Part shown: piece after piece, positions 41,923 to 54,907 of the stretch
Position numbering within the stretch: the first letter of the stretch is position 1
Layout: every line of letters starts with the position of its first letter
Assembly (NCBI RefSeq): GCF_000315625.1
Contig: NW_005434554.1
Span: 123,297-187,296, forward strand
Direction of reading: 5' to 3'
DNA length: 64,000 bases
Source of the DNA: Guillardia theta CCMP2712
Taxonomy: Eukaryota > Protista > Cryptophyta
Notes under the pieces: generated by a model
The model's input: only the letters and a program-made list of their open reading frames with translations
What the model was told of the DNA's origin: nothing
Database searches by the model: none
Made by a program: the position numbers and the translations under genes

Positions 41923-43050
41923 CCAGCTCCAGAACTGAACGAAAAGAAATAGCCTCAGCGAGGGACACTCGCTCTCACTCCATTCACAATCGCCTGAAGG
42001 CTGTTTCCAGCATTCAACAAACCTTCCACCCAACCATCCTCACTGCTATCCCACCCTCCTCTCCCTACTTCACCTCTCCTTGGAAAACCAAAACCACAGT
42101 TGTCCTCCCTGCCTCCTCCCTGCCTCCTCCCTGCCTCTTCCCTGCCTCTTCCCTGCCTCCTCCCATGCCTGCTCCCCCTCCAGGTGTTTCCCTTGCCCAT
42201 CCTGCAAAGACCCGACCGTTCAATACCGTTATCTATAACGGCGCATTGAAACCGTAGAAACAAATCAATAATAAAAAAGTCAGCGGCAGGGATATCCTTT
42301 TTACTACTAAAAAAAAGAGTTGTAGAGGCATGTACCATAAAGGCATTATTAAAACTACTATATGTAAAATAGTACCATCGAAACTTGATAAAGCGAGGGA
42401 CGTCCCAGACACAGGTAGAAAAGATAGTCAAATAATTATTGCATGTAATGGTACAAATGAAGCCCCGTTACGATCCCATCGAGTATGTGTTGTATTGTCC
42501 AGTATAAAATTTTGTAGTATCCTGGTAGATCTCTCACTAAAATAAAATTATATTGTAAATATGACATTATAGCAATCCTTTTAAAAAAGGGTACCGCTTT
42601 ATCAAGACCATGACCGTACCCCCGTATACCCACCAAGTAAACCTACCCCATTTCACATCACCCCCATTATTCACTCAAAGTACCCCATCTTTTCCCTGAA
42701 GAAGTGTTTGGGATGGTACCACCCCTGCGTAAAATACGTGGATTCATTGTTGGTCCACTAGAGACTCTTCCGGTCCCTTCCCTACTCTCAACTGCTCCCC
42801 GTTCCCCCACCTCCTCCTGTCTCTCGACCTCTCTCCGCCTATCCTTCTCCTCATCTCTCCTGCGCTCTGCTCCCTCACATTGTAATCTCCTCTCGTCCTT
42901 CGGTTTCTGTCTTCTGAACTGTTGATCCTGCGACTTCTTGTTTCCAAAACGCCCTCGTTTCGCTTTACACACCCTGTACAAGCTATTTCTTGGATACATT
43001 CATCATTGGTACGCAACCGAGTCTTATAGGGAAGTATACTTCAGGTCCAA

Positions 43051-44071
43051 ATGACGGAACAAATCACTGATATCCAATGGCAACCCAACAAGGAAGGCCA
43101 GGATCTCCCCCAGCCCCTCCCCATAACCCGCAAGGATCAGATCACCAATGTAACTCCTCTCCTTCCCTCGCTTTCCTCATCTTCCTCTCTCCTCCTGACT
43201 TGCATGATCGCCCTAGGTCAAGTTATACGAGATCCAAGCAAGCCCCCCCTGCGTCATGGTCAGAGCGCTCCTCTCGTACGGTGACATCAGTTACGAGAGC
43301 GTCCTCGTCAACATGATGAGCAAGAAAGAGCTCAAGTGGTCTACCTACCAAAAGATCCCCATCCTGGTCGTCAACGGCATGCAGGTGCCTGACACTAATT
43401 GCGAGCCGACTGAGCCTGACATCCTGCCCAGATCAACGACTCCTACATCATCTACAAAGAGCTCTGTGCAATCGTCTTTGGACGAATACTGTCGGATGTA
43501 GAATCGAAGCAGATCCATGACATCACGTACGGGATGCTGCTGGCGTTCCAGTCGGAGTTCTTCGGCTCTCTGGCCGTGAGGAAGAAGTTCGTCCGCCTGT
43601 CCTTCGCGGGCAATTGGTGCTTTGCGTGTTGTTTTCACCCATGTATCCGCATGTACGTGGGCCGTGCTCCCAACCGCATCCAGTAAGTCCAAGAGGGTGA
43701 GGGCGGGCGGGCTGATGACTGCTGCGACAGCGCGGCCCGTCCAGATTTGCAGTCGTTGGACTTCTACGGGAAGAAGTTTCGTTCAGAGTTCAGGGGGACG
43801 TATCACTGCGGTGTAGAACCAGGACCCGTCGACATCATGGTGTGGGCCCTGACGGAGCTCGGCAAGGTGAGGCCTGGGTGTGGGTGAGGGGGTCGGGGAG
43901 ATGGGCCGGGGGGGACGAGGGGGGATGAGGAAGGGGCTGAGACTTGAGTCATTGTCTGACTGGGAGACTTGGCAGCATATGGAGCTGGGGCCCACTATCG
44001 ATCGTTGGATTACCTCTTGCGATTTGACTGATTGGTATCAAGCTATCAATGGTGATCGCACATTCACATGA
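43051..44071 (+). CDS. mPGES2-like glutaredoxin/GST-fold protein, copy 2
   Basis: Same exon structure as copy 1; YEIQASPPC...KKELKWSTYQKIPILVV...NDS. Confidence 0.82.
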
Positions 44072-45399
44072 AGACTGCCATTGCCGAATCTGATCTTCAA
44101 CTTTGCTCCGCAGGTCTGATGAAGACCAAGAAATCCCTCTGGTGGGAGCAGTAATAAGGACCATAACGAAGATGTTTCATGACGTGGGACAGAGCCAGTC
44201 AGTGGGGTTGGATACCGGACCAGCTTTTAATGGATGTCCATTCCTGCAGGAAATGGGACTTGAGAAGTTGCCTTGCCAGCAGCAAAGGGACTTCAGTATG
44301 CCTTCACAAGTTTTTCGGCCGCTCAGGCTCCCTTGCGGCGTACGGGAGTTATCCGGGAGTCCGGGAGTTCGACTCGGATGCAGTGGTCGCCATCGAATCA
44401 GGGCACTTCGGCAGTTTTCGACTCTGTATCGGCGAAGGCAGACGAGCAACTTTCAAGTTTGTCGGATTAGGACCCGCCGCCGCGCGGCCCGGACCGCCGC
44501 GTTGACCGTCACTCCCCTGAGTACACTGACACGACTCAGGCAGCGAGTTGTACGGTGCCGCTCTTCTGCCTGTCTCACGGTCCAGTGGGGCCTAGTTGCT
44601 CGGCGGCGTTTCGGTTCATAAGTTTATAAGTTTCGGATAGTGCGGCGGCCTCAGTGCCCGGCCATAGACTCGGCGCCTCACCTGGCGCGCGGATTCACTG
44701 TCAACAGCACCACCATGACGCGAAAAATGGCGGGAGCGCTCTAACAAACGAAGTTGTCACAGTGTGCAAGAATGAAGCACTGCGCGTATCAAAAAGAATG
44801 TTTAAAAGTAAAGTTGTTCAATGATTCAATGAATTAAGAAAGTTGCCGCTCTAAACTGACTCAGTGACTACTCACGGTTCCGAGTTCCAAGCCTTACGAG
44901 TGAGTTCAACCGTGATTTCGCGCAATCCTTCCGCCATATCTCCTGCCAGGGACATCATGGCATGGCACTCACAGTCAACCAGCCTGGGTGGCAGTGTTAC
45001 GGTTTCAAGTTCCGGAGTCCGGCCCATACTCGACCGAAGAGATCCCGGGCCCGGGCTAGTCATCAGTGTTTGTGTCCTAAGGGGTCATAGGGAGGTCTTA
45101 TAAGGTACGGTAGGTCACTTTTACACAGGATTTGTCTTCACCCCCCCAGATGACCATAAAAGTACGGGTAGATTTGCCGTTCTGATTCAGACATGGGGTA
45201 GTGGAATTGCTTGTTGCGGTAGGGGTGATGGGGAGAATCGCAGGGGTCCCAAACAGTTGAGATGAAATTTGGGGGGTGGGGTATAGCTTATACCCGTATT
45301 GTTATCTGAAATTTTCATCTAAATATATGGGTAGGGTGTATGACTGTTATGGGTCAAGTGATAGTGGATCTTGCATGGTGGGGTGGGTTATTCTGCAAG

Positions 45400-46534
45400 A
45401 TGTCCGCGATGGCAGGATCGCTGAAAATGATGAGGACGGCGGCGTTGCGAGGAAACAGCAGCGCAATGAGTGATGCCGGTCAAGGTAGCTTCAGATTCTT
45501 GAAGCTCAAGTCGGGGAACCTTCCTTCTCGCACTCTCCCTCTTTCCTCGAGGTCGTTCACATCCCTTGCGTCCTTTCCTCGTTTGTCCTGCTGTGCTGCG
45601 ACCAACCTTGCTTTCGGAGGATCTCTGCGTACCTCTGGTACAGTCGGAGGCTTCCAGGGGCTTAGAAACATGTACGGTGTCCATGCATTTCCTCTCTCAT
45701 TCAATCGCTTCCTCCCTTTTGCCTCTGCTCTTGAGAATCGGTCATATGCCTCGCATCCCGGCACGCCTGAGACCATGTATGCTACAACCATCCTATGCGT
45801 GCGAAAAGGAGGCAAGGTTGTAGTGATCGGGGACGGTCAAGTCACTCAGGGTTCCTACGTTGTCAAGGACAATGCAAAGAAGGTTCGGACACTGCAGAAC
45901 GGGAAGATTTTGACTGGGTTTGCTGGTGCTGCTGTGGATGCTTTGGCTCTGTTTGACAGGCTTGAAAGCAAGCTGGACCAGTATCCAGAGCTCATGCGTG
46001 CGTGTGTCGAACTTGCCAAGGAATGGAGGAGCGACAAGAGTTTGCGTCGAACTCTGAATGCCGTCATGGTCGTCGCTGACAAAGATCTCTCGCTTACGAT
46101 ATCGGGTGCGTCGATTTTTGAATAATCTTCCCCGCTCCTCCTTTTCCCCTCCTCCCCCTCCTCCCTCTCCTCCTCCTCCTCCTCCTCCTCCTGATCATTA
46201 TCATGATCTATTGTTTGATTTTTGGGTCATGCTTTCGTACTGATACAGCTGTTATGACGCAGGTAACGGAGACATCCTCGAACCGATGAACGGGGTCATT
46301 GGCATTGGCAGCGGTGGAATCTATGCACAGTGTGCAGCAATGGCGTTGATCGACATAGAGTCGCTCGATGCCGAGGAGGTAGCGAGGAGGTCGATGAAGA
46401 TTGCGAGCGACACCTGCATCTACACCAACCACAACTACGTGGTCCAGGTTCTTGACGGCAACAGTGACAAGAAGCCTGTTGAGGAAAAGAAGGACGGGCA
46501 GGCAAGCAACCAAGAGAAGGCGAGCCAGACATAG
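45400..46534 (+). CDS. hslV: Mitochondrial HslV (ClpQ) protease subunit, 2 exons
   Basis: Long R/S-rich presequence, then [45 protein letters not shown] and [12 protein letters not shown]; intron ~46106-46262. Confidence 0.95.
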
Positions 46535-46835
46535 GAGGGGCCATGCAGCCTGCGCATGCTCAAATTCGCCCTGCACCGCCTCTACTTAATAAAGTCGATC
46601 TGTTCATCGATACCGCTGCGTCTGGAACAAAGGGTACAGCACCAAGACAGACAGGAACCTTGGTGCCCCCCCGTCAGGAGCTGAGCAAAATCCTATCATG
46701 TGGATAGAAGCACTTGGAAGATGATGGTAAGAGGGACATGGTGGGAGGAGGAGTAAGGGGATCAATTCATGAGGTCATGAAAAAGTTAATTGAGCAAGGG
46801 GCGAGGTGTTTTGAGGTGAGGAAAAAATGTAGCAA

Positions 46836-47879
46836 TTAGAGGTAGGTGGGTGACGAGAGGGTCAGAAATCTTTCGGATTCAACTTGAAAGAGGTGTGTTA
46901 TGATCGGAGCTGACACAATCATGAAACTTCTTTCAGCGTTTAAGAGTGTATTAGCCTCAGATGCGTGAAGCGAGTTTCTGCGTTGCTCGAGAGGATCCTC
47001 AAGTTGTGAGAGCGTCCATCCTCCATCCCTGCCATGACGGAACTCTTCTGATGATAGAAGACATGGACAAGTGGCATGCTCGATCCTTCTAGTCGTTCTC
47101 GTGCTCCCCATGGCAGAGCTAGCCGCGCGGTGCACTCGTAGGGAGCCCATGTTTGCTTTTACAGCTTCCTGTGCGCCAAAATCCGGCTGGAGTTTTAAAT
47201 TTGTAACTGGTAATTAATTTGTTTTTAATAAGTATTTTATACCTTTATTAGTATCCCGATATCGTTATATGTACCAAAATTTTATTTTATTTTCTGTATA
47301 CAAAATATACAAAATTTTGAATGCAAACAGTATCAGAACGCATCTAAAAGATAATAAAATCCATTTACTACATCGCTCACCTTCTCTGCTATGCAGCCTC
47401 CTACGGGACCTCCAGAGGAAGCAGAGAACGAAGAGCAAGCAGAGGAAGAGGAGGAAGAAGAATAGCCCAGAGTATGAAAGACAACGAGGACGAAGATTAT
47501 CACCGCAGACAAAGGGAAGTAGGATCAGGAGCAGAAGGAGAAGGAGAACGAGATGTTCAAGGAGGAGGAGGAGGAGGAGGGGAGGTAAGCCCACTTGCAT
47601 TCGAGGGTTATGTTGACGATGCGACCATATTGAATGAGTAGAACAGAAATACGAACAGTCTTGGATTGTTCTAGCAAGAGATGAATGGAAGTGTGGAGTT
47701 TGGGTAACAGGAAGCCGAGAGCAAGAAACCACGACCTGACTACCTTGCAAACTCCCTGTGAGGGGAAGACGAGTGTGTACATCTTTGTTGAGCCGAGTTT
47801 TTAACTTCAAACCATGGCTCATGTGCATTGTGGTGGTTTCAATGACTTCCTTGTACAGGCGGGGGTTCAGCTTGTGCAT
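46836..47879 (-). CDS. Possible hypothetical multi-exon gene divergent from the amylase
   Basis: Complex ORF starting MHKLNPRLYKEV at 47879 and a second open stretch at 46836-47150, with GT..AG-bounded intervening sequence. No family recognised. Confidence 0.3.
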
Positions 47880-47893
47880 GAAGATCTGACCTC

Positions 47894-50800
47894 ATGAACG
47901 AAAAGGGTAAGAGGATAAGCAGGATGCTCGGAGCGTCCGTTGCCTTCCTCTGCCTTCTCGCCCATTCTTCGTACGTCTCTTCCTCTGCTCTCCTCCCGCT
48001 GGTCAAGAACCCGGCGGTGTACTCGCTCGATGCTCGGTGACGACAGATGTGCTTCCTCGCGGCCAGCAGTGACGTGGAGGACAGGATCATGGTGTCGGAA
48101 CTGAAGCTGCGGCTGGGCAACCAGGCGACTATCAACGAGATGGCAGACGAGGACCTTGACGAGTGAGAGAGGGGAGGAGAGCAAGGGCGCGGGAGGAGAG
48201 CAAGGGCGAGAGTGGAGAGCAGCGTGTATGAGGCGTTTCATGGAGAAGGGGTTGGAGAGAAGTGGGAGGAGAAGGGGGGAGGGGAGGGGAGGGGAGGAGA
48301 GGAGAGGAGAGGAGAGGAGAGGGCGAGGGCGAGGGCGATCTAATGGGTGAGGCAGCTATGCTGAAGCTGGTTTCGACGCTCTCTGCTTGATGGGAGTCTG
48401 GCAGCCGAGCAAGTTCAGCCTGCAGAAGTCAATGAAAGGAAGCGGAGGAGGCGAAGGAGCAGCCACGGCAGCTGCTGGAGCAGCCAGCTCTCCATACGCC
48501 ATCGTCGATTACTCTGTGAACAACGAGTTCGGCGGGAACTTGGCGCTGGCAAAGCTGCGCAGTAGATTGCACGAGCGAGGTCAGATGGAGGAGCCTCCGG
48601 AGAGGAGAGGGGAGGAAAGGATAAGGGAGGGGAGGGGAGGGGAGGGGAGGAGAGGAGAGGAGAGAGGAGGAGAGAAGAAGCGAGGGGAGGAGAGGAGAGG
48701 AGAGGATAGCAGGTGAGGGGAGGAGGAAGGGATGCTGACGATGGGGCAATGGGGGAGGACAGAAGTTGTTGTGGATGGGGAATGAGTAATGACATGGCTG
48801 TAGGCCTGAGGTTGTTCCTTGACTTCGTTCCCAACCACATGGCCGTCGACCATNNNNNNNNNNNNNNNNNNNNNNNNNNNNNNNNNNNNNNNNNNNNNNN
48901 NNNNNNNNNNNNNNNNNNNNNNNNNNNNNNNNNNNNNNNNNNNNNNNNNNNNNNNNNNNNNNNNNNNNNNNNNNNNNNNNNNNNNNNNNNNNNNNNNNNN
49001 NNNNNNNNNNNNNNNNNNNNNNNNNNNNNNNNNNNNNNNNNNNNNNNNNNNNNNNNNNNNNNNNNNNNNNNNNNNNNNNNNNNNNNNNNNNNNNNNNNNN
49101 NNNNNNNNNNNNNNNNNNNNNNNNNNNNNNNNNNNNNNNNNNNNNCCCCCCACACCCCTCTCTCCAGGCTCTGTCTTCCCCTCCCCCCAACCTCTTTTTC
49201 CCTCCTTCTCCCTCCTTCTGCGTCCTCTGGACTCTCGCCTACATCATCAGTTTCCTCGCACCTCCCTCACGGTCTCACCTGCCTCTCTGCAGATTCAGGG
49301 CAAGGCAGAGGACTTGGAGAGAGAGCCACAGGTGAGATGAAACGGATTGAGATGAAGTGAAATGACTCCTCCGCCTCCTCTTCCTCCCTCCTCGTCCTCC
49401 CTCCTCCCCCACTCCTTCCTCCTCCTCCTCAGAATTTTTTCCGCGTTGGGTCGAATGTGTTTGCTCATGGGAGGGACCCATACTTTGACGGTTGGGAGGA
49501 TACAGTCCAGTTGAACTACGGTGAAGCGATCTTCCTTTCTACAGTCCCTCTCTTCTTCCTCCTCCTTCCTGTCTCCTTCTTCTATCCTTAATCTCTCCTC
49601 CCTACCTGTCTTCTTCTATCCTCTCTCTTTCGTACATACACCCTTCCACTATCTCCTCATTCTCCTCTCTCGTTTCTCTCCCACTCCTCTCTCCCTCTCT
49701 AAGTCCTCTCCTCCCTCCTCCCTCCTCCCTACTCCCTCTTCTCTTGTTCCTCCCCTCTCCTCCCCTTCATCGTCATGTGATCAAGGTCTTTACAGCAAAT
49801 CCTGATCTGCGCGCTGAGATGTGCACAATCTTAACCAAGATCGTGAGCATCTGCGACGGAGTGAGATGTAAGAATCGCTTGAGGAAGGAGGAGGAGGAGG
49901 AGGAGGAGGAGGAGGAGGAGGGAGTAGTTGCTGAAACCTTTTGTAGGCGATATGGCTATGCTGCTCTGCCCGGTAGATTACTCAACGACCTTTCTCCTTC
50001 CCCCATGCCCCATAGCTTTTCTCCTCCTCCTCCTCCTCATCCTCCTCCTTCCTACTTCAGTCATGAGGAGCGGCAGGACATTCTGGAACAAACGTGGGGC
50101 AAGCACCTCGGAAGTGTTGGCGCTTTCAAGGAGCCGTTCTGGCCTGATGCCATCAAAGTAGCGCGAGCGATTCACGAAGGTCAGAGAAGGAGCGGGAGAG
50201 GGAGAGGGAGAGGGAGAGGGAGAGGGAGAGGGAGAGGGAGAGGATGGTAGAAGAAATTAAGTAATGAAGGGGGTGGGAGGAAGAGGGAGAAGAAGGAGGG
50301 AGGGAGGGAGGGAGGGAGGGAGGGAGGAGAGTTCCTCTGAGTGTGATTGTACAGATTTCATCCTCATGGGTGAGGTCTACTGGGGAAGGGACTTGGACCT
50401 GCAGCAGTTCGGGTTTGACTTCACCTTCGACAAGAACCTCTACGACAAGTGCATCGAAGGAAACGCTCTCGCCGTCCGCCAGCACCTCGGCACACCGCTT
50501 CCTTCCCAGGTTCTTCCCTCTTCGCTCCCCCGCCCCCCTCCGCGCCTCTTCCTCTGGCCCCTCTTTCACCAACGCCTCCTCCTTTCTCTCCGCTTCCACC
50601 AAGACATTCTTCGCTTCCTCCTCTTCCTCCAGCTATTTATCTCACCTCTCCCTCTCCCTCCCTCCCTCCTCTCCGCGTCCTCACGCTTCTGGTCTCACGC
50701 ATGCGAGCAGGACCGTATGGTGCGCTACCTTGAGAACCACGAAGAGAAACGGATAGCTCAGGCAAGGCGGAGGAAGAAGAGGAGGGAGAGGAGGCGAGGA

Positions 50801-51282
50801 AGAAGAGGGAGAGAGAAGAGGAGGAGGAGGAGGAGGAGGAGGGAGAGAGAAGAAGAGGGAGAGGAGGAGGAGGAGGAGGAGGAGGAGTGGAGAAGAGATC
50901 TTGCTTGCAAGTTGGAATGAAGATGGATATTGCATGGTGGGGAGCGGGAGGGTGAATGTTGAATCTACAGGTGGTGCAAGAGATAGATAAGCATACAGCC
51001 TGTGCTGTCCTGACCTACACGTTGCCGGGCATGCGATTCTTTCATGATGGGGCAGCTGCAGGTAAAGCAAGGGAAGAGGAGTGGAGGGGGGGGAGGGGGA
51101 GGGGGAGGGGGGGGGGGGTATGGAGGGAGGTCGAGAGGGGAAGGGCAAGGGGAAATGGGGACATGATGAGCAGCAGCAGCAGCAGCAGCACCAACTGAGG
51201 GTGATGGCAGGGGAGAAGATTCAGATCGATTTGACTTCGCAGCTGCGTGAGCGCGAGAGCGACCAGACTCGTCGTCTGCAGC
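47894..51282 (+). CDS. GH13 alpha-amylase-family protein with signal peptide, multi-exon, 3' end in gap
   Basis: MLGASVAFLCLLAHSS; SPYAIVDY; LDFVPNH; HGRDPYFDGWEDTVQLNY; DGVRCDMA; MGEVYW; GFDFTFDK; YLENHEEKR; TLPGMRFFHDG. Confidence 0.88.
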
Positions 51283-51420
51283 NNNNNNNNNNNNNNNNNN
51301 NNNNNNNNNNNNNNNNNNNNNNNNNNNNNNNNNNNNNNNNNNNNNNNNNNNNNNNNNNNNNNNNNNNNNNNNNNNNNNNNNNCAGCATAAGGAGCAGGAG
51401 CAGGAGGAAAGGATTACTTG

Positions 51421-51612
51421 TCAAGAATCACCGGGCAGAGGGTTCCACACGCCCCATCCTCGACTGAGAGCAGGTGAGAGGGAAGGAGGAGGAGGAGAAA
51501 CTCACGGGAGATGTTGAGGGTCAAGCCATTCGAGAAACATCTGCGGGGATATGAGACTGATGGGGAGAGAGAGACGAGGCGGTACAGAGATGAAGAATGT
51601 GATAATGATGGA

Positions 51613-51661
<49 letters not shown>

Positions 51662-54600
51662 GTGATGATGGTGATGACGATGATGGAGATCATGATCATG
51701 ATGGTGATGTAGATGATGGAGATGATGATGATGGTGATGTAGATGATGTAGATGACGATGATGATGATGGTGATGTAGATGATGGTGATGGTGATGGTGA
51801 TGGTGATGATAGAGATATTGAGATGTGCATGTAGATTTGCATGTGGATGTGGATGAGAAGGTAGAGTTTGTGGAGGAGGACGAGAGTCAATCGCATCCGA
51901 ACAAACTTCTTACCGTCCTCCATCTTCGAATGAAGGCGCACAAATCCACCTGCCACGTCATCGCATCACATACAGCAACCAACACTCCTCCGACCTGAGC
52001 TGCGACCACTAGCTCCCCATGGGAGGGACCGGAAGGAGGAGGAGGAGGAGAAAATTCGACAGACGACAGCTGACTGGAGAGATCTTGCAGCTGCTGCCGA
52101 TCCGACAGGTCGAGCTCCTCCGGCTGCAGCTCCTGCAGATGTTCTCTGACGAACGTTCGTACGATCTTTCTCAGCTCTTCCTTCCTCTCCTCTGGTATCT
52201 CTCCCCTGCTGGTCAAAGTCTTCAAGCACTTCCTGCCATCCCTGGTCACTACGACCGCCGAACTTCCCCTGCTAGCTACGGTCCCACCTGACCCTGACCG
52301 CTTCCTTGTCCCTCATCTCAACTTCTGATCGGCTGGAATGGAGCGGTGCACTGCACTCGAGAGCAAGCTGGGAGGCTGATCAGGAGGAGGAGGAAGGAAG
52401 GAGGAAGATCGATTCAGTTCACCTCTCTCCTCAGCTCGTTCGCCTTCATGTCGGCGAGTTGCATACATGCCGTGCACAGCAGGACGATGTCGTGGCTGGA
52501 GCGGCTTTTCAACACCTGCTCTGGAATCTCAGCAGAAATTTCCACATCTTATCTCTCACGATGTCCAACCTCCCTCTCAGACACGCACAAATCCCTTCTC
52601 GCCTCCTTCACCTGTCTTGCTCCTCTTGATCCTTTTCTGGATCCTCCTCCTCCTCTCCCTCTCCCTCTTCTTGTTCTTCTTCCTCGTCCCCGACTTCCTC
52701 TTCCTCATCTTCCTCCTCCCTCCTCTTCCTCCCCCTACAAATCTCCTTCACCTCCGGGAAGTGACGACGGTAACAGTGCGGTACGACGCTGTGCCTGTGC
52801 AGCCCCTGGCCGCTCCCGCATCGAACGCAGATGTTCTCCTTGCTCGACAGGTAGTACTCGTTCCCTTCGTGTCCTCTCCCCTTGGGCTCGAAACGCAGGC
52901 GGATAGCAAACTGCCTTCCCTCCATGCAGCTACAGCTCAGCTCGTTCAGATCGACGATGTTCTTCCTCTGCCGATTGCGCCTGCCGCCGTCAGGATCGCT
53001 GTCTTGCTGGTGCTGAGTGGTTTGCCCGGCCTTCCCTCTCCCTTCTTCAGCACATCCAGGGCTGTGAACAACATCTGCAAGCATCTTTCAGCAAGGGAAG
53101 CCAGCACAGGCTGGTAGCAGCGGAACACGCAGAGGAGGAAGCAACAACAGTCTCAACCTGCGAGCTCATGGTTGATGTACCAGAGGATCCTGTCGATCTT
53201 GATGTTGCTGAGCTGCCTCCCTTGTGGGTCCTGCGGCGCAAACAAGACAAGGTGAACTGAATCAAGAATGTGCAACGCTGGCAGGAAGAAACAGGTACAA
53301 GCGAGGCAGTGGAGGGGATGGAAGCTGGTACCAGCAGCATGCAGTTGTGGTATAAGCTCGTCTGCCTTGTAGCAAGCTTCGAAGCTTTCTCCTTGTGTCC
53401 ACTCCTCCTCCTCTTCTCCTCCTGCTCCCGCTCTCTACCTACACTACTTGTGCTCTTTTTCACCCTCTTTCCCCGCTTGTCTTCCCCAAACGGAACGTCA
53501 ATCAAGTGAGCATGACAACTCGCAGGGTGCAGACTGCTCCATCCCCACTGCAAGCTTGGATGCGTCCAATGCAATGACGAAGATTCTCCTCCTCCACCAC
53601 AACCACCAGCTCCTCCTCCTCCTCCTCCTCCTCGTTGTGTGAACGCCTGTATGATCAGGACTTACGAGCTACCAAGGGCAAGCAAGAAACCAATCATACT
53701 CACCATGTACAGGAAGACACTCACGAGCGCATCTTCAGCGGCATACAAGACCTGGCGAGGCATCAGCCTCGTCATCAACATGTCAGGAAGGGTCATGTCA
53801 CTTGTTCCTCGCCCAGCGTTTCTGCTTGCCAGTCACTCGTCGTGATGCGCTGCACTGACGTCAGCCTTGAGATCAACGTCATCAGCTCGCACCCTGTCCT
53901 TCCTCAAGTCGATGGAGAAGTGCTTGGCAAGAGACTGAGCAAGGGTCTTACTTCACTTCCTCGTCCTCACAACCAGCTGCTTCACCTTCAAGCCGAAAGC
54001 ATCGACATTGTAGAGGCTACTCAGCCATCGCAAGTCCAACACCGACCTTGAGTCATCAGCGCTCACGTCAGCCAACTTGCCGATAGTTTTGACCCGAGTC
54101 ACCTTGTCTTGACCCCCAGCGTCTTCTCCAGCCTCTCCGCATCCTGGGGAAGGAGAACAGTGAGCGAGTTTGATCTCAGCTGCCGCGACGTACATGCATG
54201 ATGTTCACTCCGACTTTCACGATGCTGACCTCACTCAGCAGCTGCCCAAGTCTGTGGAGCCGACACGGTGCGGAAGACCTGAGGGCTTGTGCAAGCTGAA
54301 TGACGAGGGTAAGGTCCTCGCATGAGAGCTCGACCCTCCCTGTCAGGTAACAGACATGACAGTAGAACCAACTACCTGCAGTACAGACACTCGTAGATCT
54401 CCGCTCTCTTCGCTCCCGTCCTCCTGGCTGTCAGTAGCCTGCGATCCTGCGCAACGTCGTCTGTCAGGAGGGACTTGCTTGCTTGACCGCAGCTTCACCC
54501 GAGCACCACTCTGCATCGAGACCGACGACAGTGGGAAACTTGGAGAGGAGGAGCGACACATCGGCCTCGATGCTCTCACACGTTCGGCTCACCTTCACTA

Positions 54601-54907
54601 ACACCTGGCCATGTCAATGGTCACTCCCCTCCATGAAAGGCACGCAGAGGTACGAGGGAACATAGCAGGTCAGGAGTCAGGAGTAGGGGATCACTAGGAC
54701 GAAGGAGAGGGTTTCGAGCGAAGGCCAAGTGGGAAGCTGCAGGGAGGATGGACTCATGTCATGCCATCGACGTATGCTGTAGTGAGGATGCCTTACCCTC
54801 TTGTCTCCTAGGAGGGTCAGGTACTCTCCTCCCTGTGACTCCTTGGGCGTCACGTCTCTGCTCCACCAGCCTCGGACCAACACTGCGAGCAACCAACTCC
54901 ATCCCAT
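51421..54907 (-). CDS. EXD2: EXD2-like DEDDy 3'-5' exonuclease with C-terminal HNH-like Zn domain, multi-exon
   Basis: VVGLDAEW (ExoI), VKVGVNI, VLDL, LYAAEDA (ExoIII); TSLYHNCML; LRFEPKG..YYLSSKENICVRCG..HSVVPHCYRRHFP; HDIVLLCTAC; HGELVV..FIRRWR|MFLEWLDPQHLPRGW. Start could extend upstream toward the gap. Confidence 0.87.

Noticed and set aside
44340-44400. GTTCGACTC B-box/T-loop-like motif
   Set aside because: No cloverleaf or A-box could be folded around it.
51511-51834. Poly-Asp ORF
   Set aside because: It is a (GAT)n-rich intron of the minus-strand EXD2 gene.
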